A stretch of 64,000 nucleotides of DNA from Eledone cirrhosa (Eukaryota). Positions 63,715 through 64,000 of this stretch are shown in pieces. The translations under genes were made by a program, and so were the position numbers. Every line of letters begins with the position of its first letter. The stretch's first letter is position 1. The notes beneath the pieces were generated by a model. The model searched no databases. It had not been told where the DNA came from and worked only from the letters and a program-made list of their open reading frames with translations. Location: the NCBI GenBank assembly GCA_964016885.1, contig OZ024741.1:350796001-350860000 (forward strand). Reading direction: 5' to 3'.

Positions 63715-64000
63715 CTAACATGAGGTAATTGTTTCAGTACCAAAATACAGAAGAATTGAGAGAAAAACTGGGCATAATGAGGACCAGTTGTAGTGTACAA
63801 GAAGAAAGATTATGCTGGTATGAACATGATAATTGTTGGGTGTAGATGTGCCAGGAAATGGCAGAAGAGGAATACCAAGGAAATCTAGGACAAAAGTGGT
63901 GAGAGTTGATTTCAAGATATTTAACCTCACAGAGGAAATGATGAAGGAATGCAACAAGTGAAACAAAGTTGTGCTGGAGAAGACCCATCCAACTCATGAA
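63715..64000 (+). mobile_element. RTE LINE 3' fragment
   Basis: EELREKLGI...CSVQERKIMLV and PRKSRTKVVRVDFKIFNLTEEM, plus the start of the 3' terminal motif. Confidence 0.7.

Overview
Eukaryotic, AT-rich, repeat-dense animal DNA. The SINE, RTE and MITE complement suggests a coleoid cephalopod (Octopus-like); this is an inference. Two spliced genes lie head-to-tail on the minus strand, and I reconstructed both by hand from GT/AG sites and matching intron phases. (1) The 3' five exons of a sirtuin-7 (SIRT7) gene (62044->55098), with an unusually long C-terminal exon. (2) A CCDC14-like coiled-coil gene with ten coding exons (40157->10225) and a putative first exon/promoter near 45540-45690. Positions 1-~9620 are a 30-bp satellite with higher-order structure. 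Introns and intergenic DNA hold RTE LINEs (one young copy with an intact RT frame and an embedded PHD-type finger), a CR1-type LINE, a 5'-inverted R4/Dong-type element, an ORF1-only LINE derivative, a decayed mariner, pogo- and piggyBac-type MITEs and tRNA-derived SINEs. No CRISPR, rRNA or bona fide tRNA is present. Most other ORFs in the track are spurious or are transposon remnants.
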